Part shown: positions 11,077-24,700 of the stretch, piece by piece | How the letters are laid out: every line of letters starts with the position of its first letter | Numbering within the stretch: the first letter of the stretch is position 1 | Assembly: GCA_964016885.1 (NCBI GenBank) | Contig: OZ024750.1 | Coordinates: 52,762,001 to 52,826,000, forward strand | From: Eledone cirrhosa | Taxonomy: Eukaryota | DNA length: 64,000 nucleotides | Direction of reading: 5' to 3' | Notes under the pieces: model-generated | Database searches by the model: none | Seen by the model: the letters and a program-made list of their open reading frames with translations, nothing else | What the model was told of the DNA's origin: nothing | Made by a program: the position numbers and the translations under genes

Positions 11077-12865
11077 ATGGCCTCAGCAATGAAGAAAAAA
11101 TGCAGGCAGTACAGCGTTGATTACTTACGGTTTGGATTCATCCCATCACCGTCGAACCACCTGTCACCCATGTGTTTAATTTGCAAGGAGTCCTTTTCAA
11201 ATGAGGTGATGAAGCTATCGCGTTTGAGTAGACACCTGGAGGTGAGGCACCCCGATAAGAGATATAAAGATTTAGCATACTTTCAGTATCTTAGGGACCA
11301 ATTCCAGAAAACAACATTAATTTCTTCTGCCTTTTCAAAAGTTGAAGTTTCAAATGTTGATGGACTTGCCGCATCTTACAATATTGCCAACATAATCGCA
11401 AAGTGTGGCAAGCCCCACTCCTTGGGTGAAACATTGGTAGCCCCTGTCATCTCAGTTCTTTCAACAGTACTACGTCAGAACCCGTTAAAGACCTTGAAAT
11501 GTATTCCGTTGAGTAACGACTCAATAAAGAGACGCATCGACGAAATGGCGGAAAATGTTGAACAACAATTATGCAACATCTTGAAATCGACACAATTTGC
11601 TTTGCAACTTGATGAAAGCACACTTTCCGGGAATCAGTCCTTACTACTGGGATACGTGCGATTTTTCCACCAAAACGAAATGCACGAGGAGCTTCTCTTC
11701 ACTCTGAATCTAGCCACAGATACTAAAGGTGCCACGATCTTTGAATCTGTCAAGGGATACCTTGAAGTAAAAGAGATACCTCTTAACAATATTGTATCAT
11801 GTGCTATGGACGGCGCAAGAGCAATGGTTGGCCAACATAAGGGTTTCGTCTCTCTTCTGAAGAGGGAAAATCCATCTGTATTTGCTGTTCATTGTGTCAT
11901 TCATCGACAACACTTGGCTGCGAAGAAACTCAGTGAGCCGCTGAGCAAGTGTTTGCAGGTAGCCATTGATGTCATCAATTATATCAAACGCCATGCCCTC
12001 AATGAACGAATTTTCCGGCAACTGTGCGAAGATAATGACGAAGAATTTGTCGAGTTGCTCCTTCATACTGAAGCGAAGTGGCTTTCAAAGGGCAAGTGCC
12101 TTACTCACTTCTTTGAACTCTTCGACTCTATCATTGAGTTTCTTCGAGGATGCAACACAGAACTGTATAAAAAAAACCTCGATGTGAGGCAAGACTGCGC
12201 CTACCTCACCGACATCTTTGACAAATGCAATAGCCTTATTATGGCTTTGCAGGGGAAGAAGATCACCTTGCTTAAAGCAAGAAATGCTGTGAAAATATTC
12301 CAGGCCAAATTGAAAGTCATCGAAAGGAATCTTTGTCGACGGGAATTCTATAATTTTCCTAGTGTCGCCAATGTTCAAAACATTGTAAGCGATGACCAAC
12401 TCCAAATTTATACCACTCACCTCCGTGCGCTACAAGACGAGAGAACGGTTTGTCGACCTTTTGCAGATGGACATCCCAATGTGGATAGCAGATACCTTCA
12501 TAGCTAACGTCGATGATTTGGACGTTAAATTTCAGGAAGAATTCATTGAACTTCAAGCAGATGACATTATCAAAATTAAATTTTCCAAAATAGGTGAACC
12601 CCTTTTTTGGATGCAAGAGGAAATTCAGCGTCGATTTCCACTCCTACATGCAGAGGCTAAGAGATTTGCTTTGCCTTTTCCTAGCTCATACTTAGTCAAG
12701 AGGGGGTTTGGCGCTGTTTCCAGACTGCAAAGTAAGGCTCGCAACCGCTACAATGTGATTGTACGTGGAGATCTCCGGCTACATCTCACGAAAATCCAGC
12801 CTGACGTCAAAGAGTTAGCTAGACTCCATAAAGTTCAAGGGTCCATTGATACGAGGTCAAAGTAA
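11077..12865 (+). pseudogene. hAT Buster-family transposase (ZBED5/SCAND3-like), one frameshift near 12440
   Basis: BED finger (CLIC..HLEVRH), LQLDES, CAMDGA, VHCVIHRQ (CxxH) and TEAKWLS. The C-terminal domain continues in another frame, and PSSYLVKRGF has K where the catalytic E is expected. Confidence 0.9.
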
Positions 12866-13407
12866 GTCGATTTTTTATTTGTAGTTGCAGTCTGACTGGA
12901 CTGGAAACCATCTACCACAATTCACTTACTCATTTGTTGTATATATTTTACCATTTACTAATAAATATACCCTCCCACACGGTCATGAAAACCCTCTTCC
13001 GTGGTCTCTAAGCTCACACAGCAGAGAGGACATCAAGTTAGATATCAACATTTATTCTGTCCGTTTCATTAAAGGGAAAATTGGAAAGCTTTGAAATGAT
13101 ATAATTGCCACTTTCTTCCAGATAAGAGCACACTTGGGATAGACAGAGTTGCTCTTGTATAAATAACAAATTCAACTGGTCCTTATTCATAAAAAAGAAC
13201 ATTTATGTTCCTTTTTTTGAAATTTATATACTTCCTTTCAAGGAATGTATTTATACTCTCAGCTGCCTGCAATGGTATCTTTGGAATATTGTTAATCAAT
13301 TTTTTAGTAATCTACTGATATCAAAATCAGTAGTTTATTGAAAAATGGAAAAATAAGGTGGGAGTGGGTCGTGATTTTGTTTGGCCGAAATGGGTTGAGA
13401 ACCTTTC

Positions 13408-15017
13408 GTGTAGAGTAGAGTAGTTTAGTGTAGCGTAGAGTAGTATAGTGTAGAGTAGTGCAGTGTAGAGTAGATTAGTGTAGTGTACAGTAGAGTATTG
13501 TAGATTAGCGTAGTAGTGTAGAGTAGAGTGGTGTAGTATAGTGTAGAGTTTTGTAGAGTAGAGTAGAGTAGATTAGTGTAGTGTAGAGTAGTGTAGTATA
13601 GAGTAATGTAGTATAGTGTAGTGTAATGTAGAATAGTGTAGAGTATTGTAGTGTAGTGAAGAGTAGTGTGGTGTAGTGTAGTTTAGTGTAGATTAATGTA
13701 GAGTAGTGTAGTGTAGAGTAGAGTAGATTAATGTAGTGTAGATTGGTGTAGTGTAGATTAGTGTAGAGTAATGTAGTGTAGAGTAGAGTAGAGTAGAGTA
13801 GAGTAGAGTAGAGTAGAGTAGAGTAGAGTAGAGTAGAGTAGAGTAGAGTAGAGTAGAGTAGAGTAGAGTAGAGTAGAGTAGAGTAGTGTAGTTTAGTGTA
13901 GAGTAGTGTAGTGTAGAGTAGTTTAGTGTAGAGTAGAGTAGAGTAGTGTAGAGTATTGTAGTGTAGTGTAGAGTAGTGTAGTTTAGTGTAGAGTAGTGTA
14001 GTGTAGAGTAGTTTAGTGTAGAGTTAGTGTAGAATAGAGTAGTGTAGAGTAGAGTAGTGTAGAGTAGAGTAGAGTAGAGTAGAGTTGTGTAGAGTAGTGT
14101 AGTGTAGTGTAGTTTAGTGTAGAGTAGAGTAGAGTAGTGTAGTGTAGTGTAGTGTAGAGTAGTGTAGAGTATTGTAGTGTAGTGTAGAGTAGTGTAGTGT
14201 AATTTAGTGTAGAGTAGAGTATTGTAGTGTAGATTGGTGTAGTGTAGAGTAGTGTAGTGTAGTGTAGTTTAGTGTAGAGTAGAGTAGAGTAGAGTAGTGT
14301 AGAGTAGTGTAGTGTAGAGTAGTGTAGAGTATTGTAGTGTAGTGTAGAGTAGTGTAGTGTAATTTAGTGTAGAGTAGAGTAGAGTAGTGTAGTGTAGAGT
14401 ATTGTAGTGTAGATTGGTGTAGTGTAGAGTAGTGTAGTGTAGAGTAATGTAGTATAGTGTAGTGTAGTGTAGAGCAGGGGTTCTCAACCTGGTCCATGTG
14501 GACCACTAGGGGTCCACAGAAAATTTGCAATAGCAAATCCTTTTTTGATCCACTTAAAGCGTTGTTCTTATTCTTTGCATAAGTACGACTTCAGCTGTTT
14601 ATTTGCGTAGATTTTTAGGCACTGCGACATGATAGCATTTCCTAATTCATTGAAAAAAAACATCTACTGATGCTTATAAGTAGCAGTTCTATTACAAAAG
14701 ATTTTAAAGTTTAGGTGGTCCACAGCGAAAAAAAGGTTGAGAACCCCTGGTCTAGAGTAGTGTAGAACAGAGTAGTGTAGTGTAATGTAGTGTAGAGTAG
14801 TGTAGCGTAGTGAAGAGTACTGTAGATTAGTGTAGTGTAGTGTAGATTAGTGTAGACTAGTGTAGTGTAGAGTAATGTAGAGTAGTGTAATGTAGAGTAG
14901 TGTAGTGTAGATTAGTGTAGTGTAGATTGGTGTAGTGTAGAGTAGTGTAGTGTAGAGTAGTGTAGTGTAGATTAGTGTAGTGTAGATTGGTGTAGTGTAG
15001 AGTAGTGTTGTGTAGTG
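13408..15017. repeat. (TAGTG/TAGAG)n pentanucleotide satellite, right part
   Basis: Direct inspection; continuous with 6711-7662 once the hAT element is removed. Confidence 0.95.
14475..14749. mobile_element. hAT/Buster-type MITE (275 bp)
   Basis: Perfect 16-bp TIR CAGGGGTTCTCAACCT; 8-bp TSD GTGTAGAG / GTCTAGAG (7 of 8 match). Confidence 0.9.
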
Positions 15018-15965
15018 TCTTCACTATATGAAGACAATCTTCAGTGGTACTTAAAGTACTTTAACAGAGTCGTTAAAATGTTGGATAAAGTGGTCTGCAG
15101 TATTCCAGCTATTTCAGTTCAAAGATCAACTTTGCCCTTCATCTATTCACGGTCGATAAAAAAGTAGCAGTCTATTATTGGGGTGAATTCTTCCTCTGTC
15201 TCCCTTTCTCACTTCCATTCTCTGCTTTTCTATCCTTCTCTGGAAAAAAATCTGGTGAATTCAGTCATGGAGAGATGGGCTCCGCCAAGTTTTAAAATGT
15301 CCTAGAAATGCTGTATGTCAATATACAGGTTAAGTTACAGGTAAAGAAGAAGTATTTGGAATTCAGAAAGTCATATTAGACAAACTAATTTAGAAAGGAT
15401 AAAAAATAAAAACCTAATTCTATTTCAGTGGGAAATAATGGTTGATTGAAAGTGTGCTGGCCTAGTGGTTAAGGTATGTGAAGATAGAAGAATTAACACC
15501 TCCACCACTTCCAATACTACTACTACTACTACCACCACCACCTCCAATACTACCACCACCACCAATACTACCACCACCACCACCTCCACCTCCAATACTA
15601 ACCCCCCCCCCCCAATAATACTACTACCACCACCAATACTACCACCTCCACCACCACCACCACCCCCAATACTACCACCACGATGTTTTACTACTGTCGT
15701 TATATGTTGATAGGTAGAAATATTTAGAATACAGCAAGCTTCCATACACATGACAGTCTTTTTGACAGGGGACAAGGGTAGAGGTAGGGTGACAGACTAT
15801 TTTTTTAAAATTAGAGACAATTGTTAAGGGGGTATGAATGAGGAAGGGTAAAAATTACAGGTTTTTCTGTGAGAAAGAGGTGGGGAGATCTAAGGTTAGA
15901 GAGAGATATAAGTGGAGAGGAAAAGAGATAACCAGATAAACACAAAGAAAACTAGATATATCTAC

Positions 15966-16307
15966 ATCATCATCATCATTTCATTTTACTGCCGCTTTTT
16001 CCCTGCTTGCAAGGGTGGGATGGGAACTGATTCTGGCTTGATTTCTACAGCTGGATGCCCTTCCTAACACCAACCTCATTTACAGTGAGTGCTGGGTGCT
16101 TTTTTGCCGTAGCACCTACGCGTCCACTTTGCAGTGGAATGATAGGGACCCCAGTCCCTATCATCTCATTTCTACAGCTGAGTAAACTGGAGCAATGTGA
16201 AATAAAGTGTCTTGCTCAAGGAAACAACACATCACCCAGTCTGAGAATTGAACTCACAACATTTTGATTACAAGGCCAATGATCTAATCACTAATCCATG
16301 TGCCTCC
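15966..16307 (-). mobile_element. tRNA-derived SINE
   Basis: Same family as 1380-1764. Confidence 0.88.
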
Positions 16308-16386
16308 ATGTATATATATATGTATGTATATATATATATATATGTAAATGTATATGTATATATATATATTACTATATGTATATGTG

Positions 16387-16433
<47 letters not shown>

Positions 16434-16625
16434 ATATATACAGAAGATAAATTGCTTATAAGTAGTTGTTAGGTTGTAACTTGGTGAGGATAAGCCGGTC
16501 CCAGCAGTCCAAAAGCACTTCACATCAGTAGTTTATCCCAGCAGTTGGTATTAGGAGTGACAGAGTATTCATTTATCAAATTAAGAGTAATTAAGATAGG
16601 ATTATTCCACCCTAATTTCTTTATT

Positions 16626-16676
16626 GCATGATATATATTTCTGTTACATGGTTATGCATGTGACTTCATCAGATGC
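16626..16676 (-). ncRNA. Minimal hammerhead ribozyme-like motif enclosed by a 44-bp imperfect inverted repeat
   Basis: GCAT-CTGATGA-AGTCACATG.CATAAC.CATGTAACA-GAAA-TATATA-TC-ATGC, with flanking arms at 16574-16617 and 16695-16738. Confidence 0.55.
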
Positions 16677-16964
16677 TTATATAATTATATAAGCAATTAT
16701 GGTGAAGTAACCCTGTCTTAACTACTCTTAATTTGATATACATATATAGAGAGAGAAAGATAGATAGATATATAGGCAGAGAGAGATCCATCCCGCCCGT
16801 CCCCTCAATCTATTTTATTTCTCATTCTTTCTTCTGCTGAAGGACTAGCGTCCAAAACGTTAAGACCCTCATCCTGCTATATCAAGCGTTAACCTAATAT
16901 ATACCTTCCATATACTGTACCGATTGTGTTGTTATTTGTTTACATTTTACATACATATATATAT

Positions 16965-17440
16965 ATCATCATCATCATTTCACATCCACTTTCCATATTA
17001 GCATGGGTTAGATGGGTCGCCTCATTTGAGGCAAGTTGGGTCAGGTGACCACATCTTGCTCATACAGAAATGTTTCTCGCTAGGTTTCTATGGCTGGATG
17101 CCTTTTTGTGATACCAACATAACAGTGCAAGGGTGGTGTGGACTGAGTGGAAGGGTGGGTGTTAGTGGGGATATGGAAGGGAGTATAGTGCTTAAGATGT
17201 GTGTTTCAGTCCGTGTAGATGGGAAGGCAGGTCTTCTGTATTACTGCATAACGCCAAAGATCTCAATCTTGTGTCATTGTCTATGAGAGGTGCAATTGCG
17301 CAAGGTCAACTTTTATCACCTCATCCTAGGTTTTCCTGGGTCTTCACCTCCATACCTTCCATCAACTTTGATCACTCTGCACCTTTTTATACAACTGTCG
17401 TCCTTCATACGCATCACATGACCATACCAACACAATCTCC
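16965..17440 (-). mobile_element. Old RTE LINE 3' fragment
   Basis: RRLCWYGHVMRMKDDSCIKRC, a diverged 3' UTR and a (GAT)n tail. Confidence 0.8.
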
Positions 17441-17678
17441 TCTCTCTCTCTCTATATATATATATATAATCATAACATCCACTTTCCCTGTTAGCTGGGT
17501 CTTCACAGACCAAGTCGATACTGAAAGGGGCTACCAACCTCCCAGACAGGCCAGAAGTCTGCATCTTCCATATGGTCCTATGTACCACAGAGTACATTCT
17601 ATTGTGGCACCAACACAGGAGAGGCTGTCATGTCTTTGACACAACTGGAGGTCCTCCTAACCTTTGTTTAGTAAGTTT

Positions 17679-18063
17679 TCTATAGTTGGATGTCCTTCCT
17701 ATCACCAACCCCTTTACAGAGTGTACTGGGTGTGATTATTGTGTAGACCAGCAACACTATAGGGGGAATTTGTGTCTATAGCTGGATGTCCTTCCTATCA
17801 CCAACCACTTTACAGAGTGTACTGGGTGTGATTATTGTGTAGACCAGCAACACTATAGGGGGAATTTGTGTCTATAGTTGGATGTCCTTCCTATCACCAA
17901 CCACTTTACAGAGTGTACTGGGTGTGATTATTGTGTAGACCAGCAACACTATAGGGGGAATTTGTGTCTATAGTTGGATGTCCTTCCTATCACCAACCAC
18001 TTTACAGAGTGTACTGGGTGTGATTATTGTGTAGACCAGCAACACTATAGGGGGAATTTGTGT
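17679..18063. repeat. 96-bp tandem repeat x4 derived from an RTE/SINE 3' tail
   Basis: Units start at 17679, 17775, 17871 and 17967, and each contains GGATGTCCTTCCTATCACCAACC from the retroelement tail. Confidence 0.9.
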
Positions 18064-18270
18064 CCTTGACACAACTGAAAGAGGAGAGAGGGAGAAAGTG
18101 AACAAATGATAAAGAGAGGTAAACTAATTAAATCATTTTGCAAAGTCAGGTTTTCAATTCAAATAATATTGTAATTAATGTAATCAAATATAACAGAGAA
18201 AGAGAGGATAGTGTATATACACACATACACACACATACATATATATACACACATATATATACATATATAT

Positions 18271-18319
<49 letters not shown>

Positions 18320-18422
18320 TATATATATACACACACACACATATATATACACACACATATACACACATATATATATATATACACACACACATATATATAC
18401 ACACACATATATATATATATAT

Positions 18423-18519
<97 letters not shown>

Positions 18520-18586
18520 CACACACACATATATACATATACACACTTACACAAATACACACATATATATACATATACACATATAT

Positions 18587-19130
18587 TATCATCATCGTTT
18601 AACATACATCTTCCACGCTAGCATGGGTTAGACGGGAGTTGTCCCACTTGAGGTAAGATTGGTCGGGTGACCGTGTCTCACCCGTATAGGACTCTATCTG
18701 GCAGGTTTTCTACGGCTGGATGCCCTTCACCAACCACATTTACAGTGTGGACTGGGAGGGTTTTACTGTGTATCCTACACGACCACTTTACAGCGTGGAC
18801 TGGGTGTTCTGTGGTACCAGGGAAGTAGTGGGTTGGGTGTATATTTGGTTAAGAGGTGCCTACTGACTGTAGGTTTAACTTTGTATGTAAGGGAAGGTGG
18901 GTCTTCTGTATTATTGCGTAGTGCCAAAGGTCTCAATCCAGTGACATTGTCTTAGAGAGGTGTAAGTGTGCAAGGTCGGTTTTTATCATGTCGTCCCTGG
19001 TTTTTCTGGGTCTACCTATTCCGTAACTTCCATCAATTTTGATTGCCCTGCACTTTTTTATACAGCTGTTGTCTTTCATGCACACCACATGACCTTACCA
19101 ACGTAATCACCCCTCAAATAAACTGCATCC
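18587..19130 (-). mobile_element. RTE LINE 3' fragment
   Basis: Homologous to 55700-56330. Confidence 0.8.
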
Positions 19131-19314
19131 GATATATATATATACATATACCCACACATACACATACATATACATATATATACTCACAAACATATATACA
19201 CATATTCACATAGCTATATATATATAACATTTTCCTATTACCCACTCTACTACCCTAAGTATTAACTACTCTGGAGTGTTACGGTCCATCTGGTTCCTTA
19301 CCACACTTCCTTCA

Positions 19315-19383
<69 letters not shown>

Positions 19384-19389
19384 GAGAGA

Positions 19390-19598
19390 GAGGCACATGG
19401 CTTAGTGGTTAGAGCATTGGCCTTGCAATGTGGACGTGTAGGTGCTACGGCAAAAAAGCACCCACCCCACACTGTAAATGAGGTTGGTGTTAGGAAGGGC
19501 ATCCAGCTGTAGAAATCAAGCCAGAATCAGTTCCTGTCCCACCCTTGCAAGCAGGGAAAAAGCCGTCGTAAAATGATGATGAAGTTGATGATGATGAT
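19390..19598 (+). mobile_element. tRNA-derived SINE with internal deletion
   Basis: The head GAGGCACATGGCTTAGTGGTTAGAGC is joined directly to the RTE-type tail. Confidence 0.8.
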
Positions 19599-19650
19599 AT
19601 ATATATATCATGATATTAATAAATGGAAACTATATTTATAAAACCATATT

Positions 19651-19711
19651 TATTCTATTATATATATTTCATGGGTACCAAAACTTTGGTACGTCCTCAT
19701 CAGATAAAATA
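19651..19711 (-). ncRNA. Minimal hammerhead ribozyme-like motif, same family as 9295-9357
   Basis: TATTTTAT-CTGATGA-GGACGTACC.AAAGTTTT.GGTACCCAT-GAAA-TATATA-TA-ATAGAATA. The base of stem II is mismatched. Confidence 0.6.
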
Positions 19712-19804
19712 CAAAGTTTTTTTTATAAATATTGACATATCCAGGAAGGAGATCTTAACGGTTCAAGTTTTTCCTGGATTACCAACAAGTTAAATATCCC
19801 TTTT

Positions 19805-19883
<79 letters not shown>

Positions 19884-20245
19884 AATATATATATATATAA
19901 ATGGAATAGAATGAAACGAAATTTCATTTCTCACTCTTAGTATGGCACTTACTTAAATGTACGTATGTATGTATACGTACATACATATATGTATACAGAC
20001 GTACAGTAGTATGTATATATATACATACATGCACACGTATTCGGTGTGCCCGGCCGACTGAACCAACCAACCAACCAAAAGTTTATAAATTCCTAAATAT
20101 ATAATAAATTGAAGTGAAAGCAACTGGTGCGTGTGTTTCTTATTGGCAACATGACCCTCCCAAAGCATAACAATATCGGTTTCAACACACGTTTTCAGAT
20201 AAAGAATCTTGCTAAACAAATTCAGAAACAAAATATATATATATA

Positions 20246-20696
20246 TCATCATCATCATCATCATCATTTAACGTCCATCTTCCACGCTTGCATGGGTTTG
20301 GACGGGAGTTTTCCCACTTGAGGCAAGAGTGGTTGTCTTGCTCGCATAGGACTGTCTGGCGGGTTTTCTACGGCTGGATGCCCTTCCTAACACCAACCAC
20401 ATTTACAGTGTGGGGCTGGGAGGTTTTTACCGTGTTACCTACACGGCCACATTACAGCGTGGACTGTGTGTTTTTTTGTCGTGAGACCTACACGACCTCA
20501 TTTGTTTCGGGCTGGATGTTGTGGTACCAACATAACTTTACATTGAAAGGGTGGTGTAGATGGGTGGGGGTAGTGGGACGGGGGTGTATTTTGTTAGAGG
20601 TGCCTACTGACTGTAGTAGGTTTCACTTTGTACTTAGGTTAGGCGGGTCTTCTGTATTACTGTGTAGCGCCAAAGATCTCGGTCCAGTGACATTGT

Positions 20697-20698
<2 letters not shown>
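20246..20698 (-). mobile_element. RTE LINE 3' end
   Basis: Near-identical to the 3' UTR at 63400-63842. Confidence 0.85.
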
Positions 20699-20747
<49 letters not shown>

Positions 20748-20919
20748 TGGAGAAAGAGACAGATAGATAGATAAATAGAGAGAAACAAAGAGAGAAATAG
20801 AGAGAGATAGGGAGATAGAGAGAGAAAGAGATAGAGACAGAGTGAGAGAGAGAGAGATCTGATTAGTGTAATTGTCAAACAAGGTTAATAACATTCTGTA
20901 GGTTTTACAGTCTTAACAA

Positions 20920-21602
20920 ATGGTGGTAGTGGTGGTGGTGGTAGTGTTGATGGTGTTGGTGGTAGTATTGGTGGAGGTGGTGTTGGTAGTATTAGTGTTG
21001 GTGTTGGTGGTAGTGGTGTTGGTGGTGGTGGTAGTGGTAATGTTGGTGGTGGTGTTGGTGGTAGTGGTGGTGGTAGTGGTGGTGATAGTGTTGGTGGTGG
21101 TGGTAGTGGTGGTGGTGGTCGTGTTGATGGTGTTGGTGGTAGTATTGGTGGTCGTGTTGGTGGTGGTAGTGGTAGAGGTGGTGTTGGTAGTGTTGGTGTT
21201 GGTGTTGGTAGTGGTAGTGTTGGTGGTGGTGGTAGTGATAATGTTGGTGGTAGTGGTAGTGTTGGTGGTGGTGGTAGTGTTGGTGGTGGTAAGGTTCGTG
21301 GTGGTGATGGTAGTGGTAGTGGCGTTGGTGGTGGTAGTGGTGGTGTTGTTGATGGTAGTGGTGGTGGTAGTGGTGGTAGTGGTGGTGGTGGCGTTGGTGG
21401 TGGTAGTGGTGTTGGTGGTGGTAGTGATGGTTGTGGTGGTGATAGTGTCGGTGGTGGCGATGGTGGTAGTGTTCGTGGTGGTAGTGCTAGTGTTGGTAGT
21501 GGTGGTTTTAGTGGTAGTGTTGGTAGTGGTATTGGTGGTAGTGATGGTGGTAGTGGTGGCGGTAGGGGTAGTGGTGATGGTGGTGGTAGGGGTAGTGTTG
21601 GA

Positions 21603-21636
<34 letters not shown>

Positions 21637-21640
21637 GTGC
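20920..21640. repeat. Degenerate (GGT/AGT/GTT)n trinucleotide repeat
   Basis: Direct inspection; the poly-Val ORF here is an artefact. Confidence 0.95.
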
Positions 21641-21739
21641 TGGCTCAGTAATTTAATTCTATGTTAATATTTTATTTGTTTTCTTTTCATTTTATTTCCC
21701 AAGTAAAATGATGATGATGATTGTTGACATTAGAAAGCT

Positions 21740-24700
21740 CACACACATAGTTACACACACACACACACACACACATACAGACAGTCACAAACACACACAC
21801 ACACATACAGACAGTCACACACACACACACACACACATACATACATAGTCACACACACACACACACATACATACAGAGTCACACACACACACACAGACAG
21901 TCAGTCGCACACACATAGACAGTCAGTCACACACACATACAGACAGTCACACATACATACAGACAGTCACACATACATACAGACAGTCAGTCGCACACAC
22001 ATAGACAGTCACACACACATACAGACAGTCAGTCACACACACATACAGACAGTCACACACACACATACAGACAGTCAGTCACACACATACAGACAGTCAC
22101 ACACACATACAGACAGTCAGTCACACACACATACAGACAGTCACACACACATACAGACAGTCACACACACATACAGACAGTCAGTCACACACACATACAG
22201 ACAGTCACACACACATACAGTCAGTCACACACACATACAGACAGTCAGTCACACATACAGAGTCACACACACATACAGACAGTCACACACACATACAGTC
22301 AGTCACACACACACATACAGACAGTCAGTCACACACACATACAGACAGTCAGTCACACACACATACAGACAGTCACACACACATACAGTCAGTCACACAC
22401 ACATATAGACAGTCACACACACATACAGACAGTCACACACACAGACAGTCAGTCACACACACATACAGACAGTCACACACACATACAGTCACACACACAT
22501 ACAGACAGTCATACACACATACAGACAGTCAGTCACACACACATACAGACAGTCACACATACATACAGACAGTCACACACACATACAGACAGTCAGTCAC
22601 ACACACATACAGACAGTCACACACACATACAGACAGTCACACACACATACATACAGACAGTCACACACACATACAGACAGTCACACACACATACAGACAG
22701 TCACACACACATACAGACAGTCAGTCACACACACATACAGACAGTCACACATACAGACAGTCAGTCATACACATACAGACAGTCACACACACATACATAC
22801 AGACAGTCACACACACATACATACAGACAGTCACACACACATACAGACAGTCACACACACATACAGACAGTCACACACACATACAGACAGTCAGTCACAC
22901 ACACATAGTCACACACACATACAGACAGTCACACACACACATACATACAGACAGTCACACACACAGACAGTCACACACACATACAGACAGTCACACACAC
23001 ATACAGACAGTCAGTCACACACACATACAGTCAGTCACACACACATACAGACAGTCACACACACATACATACAGACAGTCACACACACATACAGACAGTC
23101 AGTCACACACACATACATACAGACAGTCACACACACATACAGACAGTCACACACACATACAGACAGTCACACACATACAGACAGTCACACACACATACAT
23201 ACAGACAGTCACACACATACAGACAGTCAGTCACACACACATACAGACAGTCACACACACATACAGACAGACAGTCACACACACATACAGACAGTCAGTC
23301 ACACACACATACAGACAGTCACACACACATACAGACAGTCACACACACATACAGACAGTCAGTCACACACACATACAGACAGTCAGTCACACATACATAC
23401 AGACAGTCAGTCACACACACACATACAGACAGTCACACACACACATACAGACAGTCACACACACATACAGACAGTCAGTCACACACACATACAGACAGTC
23501 AGTCACACACACATACAGACAGTCAGTCACACACACATACAGACAGTCAGTCACACACATACAGACAGTCAGTCACACACACATACAGACAGTCACACAC
23601 AGACAGTCACACACACATACAGACAGTCAGTCACACACACATACAGACAGTCAGTCACACACACATACAGACAGTCACACACACACATACAGACAGTCAC
23701 ACACACACACAGACAGTCACACACACATACAGACAGTCACACACACATACAGACAGTCAGTCACACACACATACAGACAGTCACACACACATACAGACAG
23801 TCAGTCACACACACATACAGACAGTCACACACACACACACACACAGACAGTCAGTCAGTCAGTCACACAGACAGTCACACACACATACAGATAGTCAGTC
23901 ACACACACATACAGACAGTCACACACACAGTCAGTCACACACACACACAGAGTCACACACACACACAGAGTCACACACACATACAGACAGTCAGTCACAC
24001 ACATACAGACAGTCACACACACACAGACAGTCAGTCACACACACATAGACAGTCACACACACATACAGACAGTCACACACACATACAGACAGTCACACAC
24101 ACATACAGACAGTCACACACACATACAGACAGTCACACACACATACATACAGACAGTCACACACATACAGACAGTCAGTCACACACACATACAGACAGTC
24201 ACACACACATACAGACAGTCAGTCACACACACATACAGACAGTCAGTCACACACACATACAGACAGTCACACACACATACAGACAGTCACACACACATAC
24301 AGACAGTCAGTCACACACATACAGACAGTCAGTCACACACACATACAGACAGTCAGTCACACATACATACAGACAGTCAGTCACACACACACATACAGAC
24401 AGTCACACACACACATACAGACAGTCACACACACATACAGACAGTCAGTCACACACATACAGACAGTCAGTCACACACACATACAGACAGTCACACACAC
24501 ATACAGACAGTCAGTCACACACACATACAGACAGTCAGTCACACACACATACAGACAGTCAGTCACACACATACAGACAGTCACACACACATACAGACAG
24601 TCACACACACATACAGACAGTCACACACACACATACAGACAGTCACACACAGACAGTCACACACACATACAGACAGTCACACACACATACAGACAGTCAG

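Larger units (their letters stand above)
7663..13407 (+). mobile_element. Full-length hAT (Buster/Charlie-type) DNA transposon with nested insertions
   Basis: Imperfect TIRs AAAAGGTTTTCAAC / GTTGAGAACCTTTC, 8-bp TSD GTGTAGAG (7655-7662 and 13408-13415), and an internal transposase gene. Confidence 0.8.

Noticed and set aside
16476-16520. Twister-ribozyme-like TAAC...GCCGGTCCCA
   Set aside because: Lacks the AAGCCCGG continuation and the downstream GGAGGG pseudoknot partner.
20920-21651. 243-aa poly-Val ORF (and poly-Pro/Gly ORFs at 28800-29494 and 15425-15775)
   Set aside because: Degenerate trinucleotide repeats with no splice or homology support.
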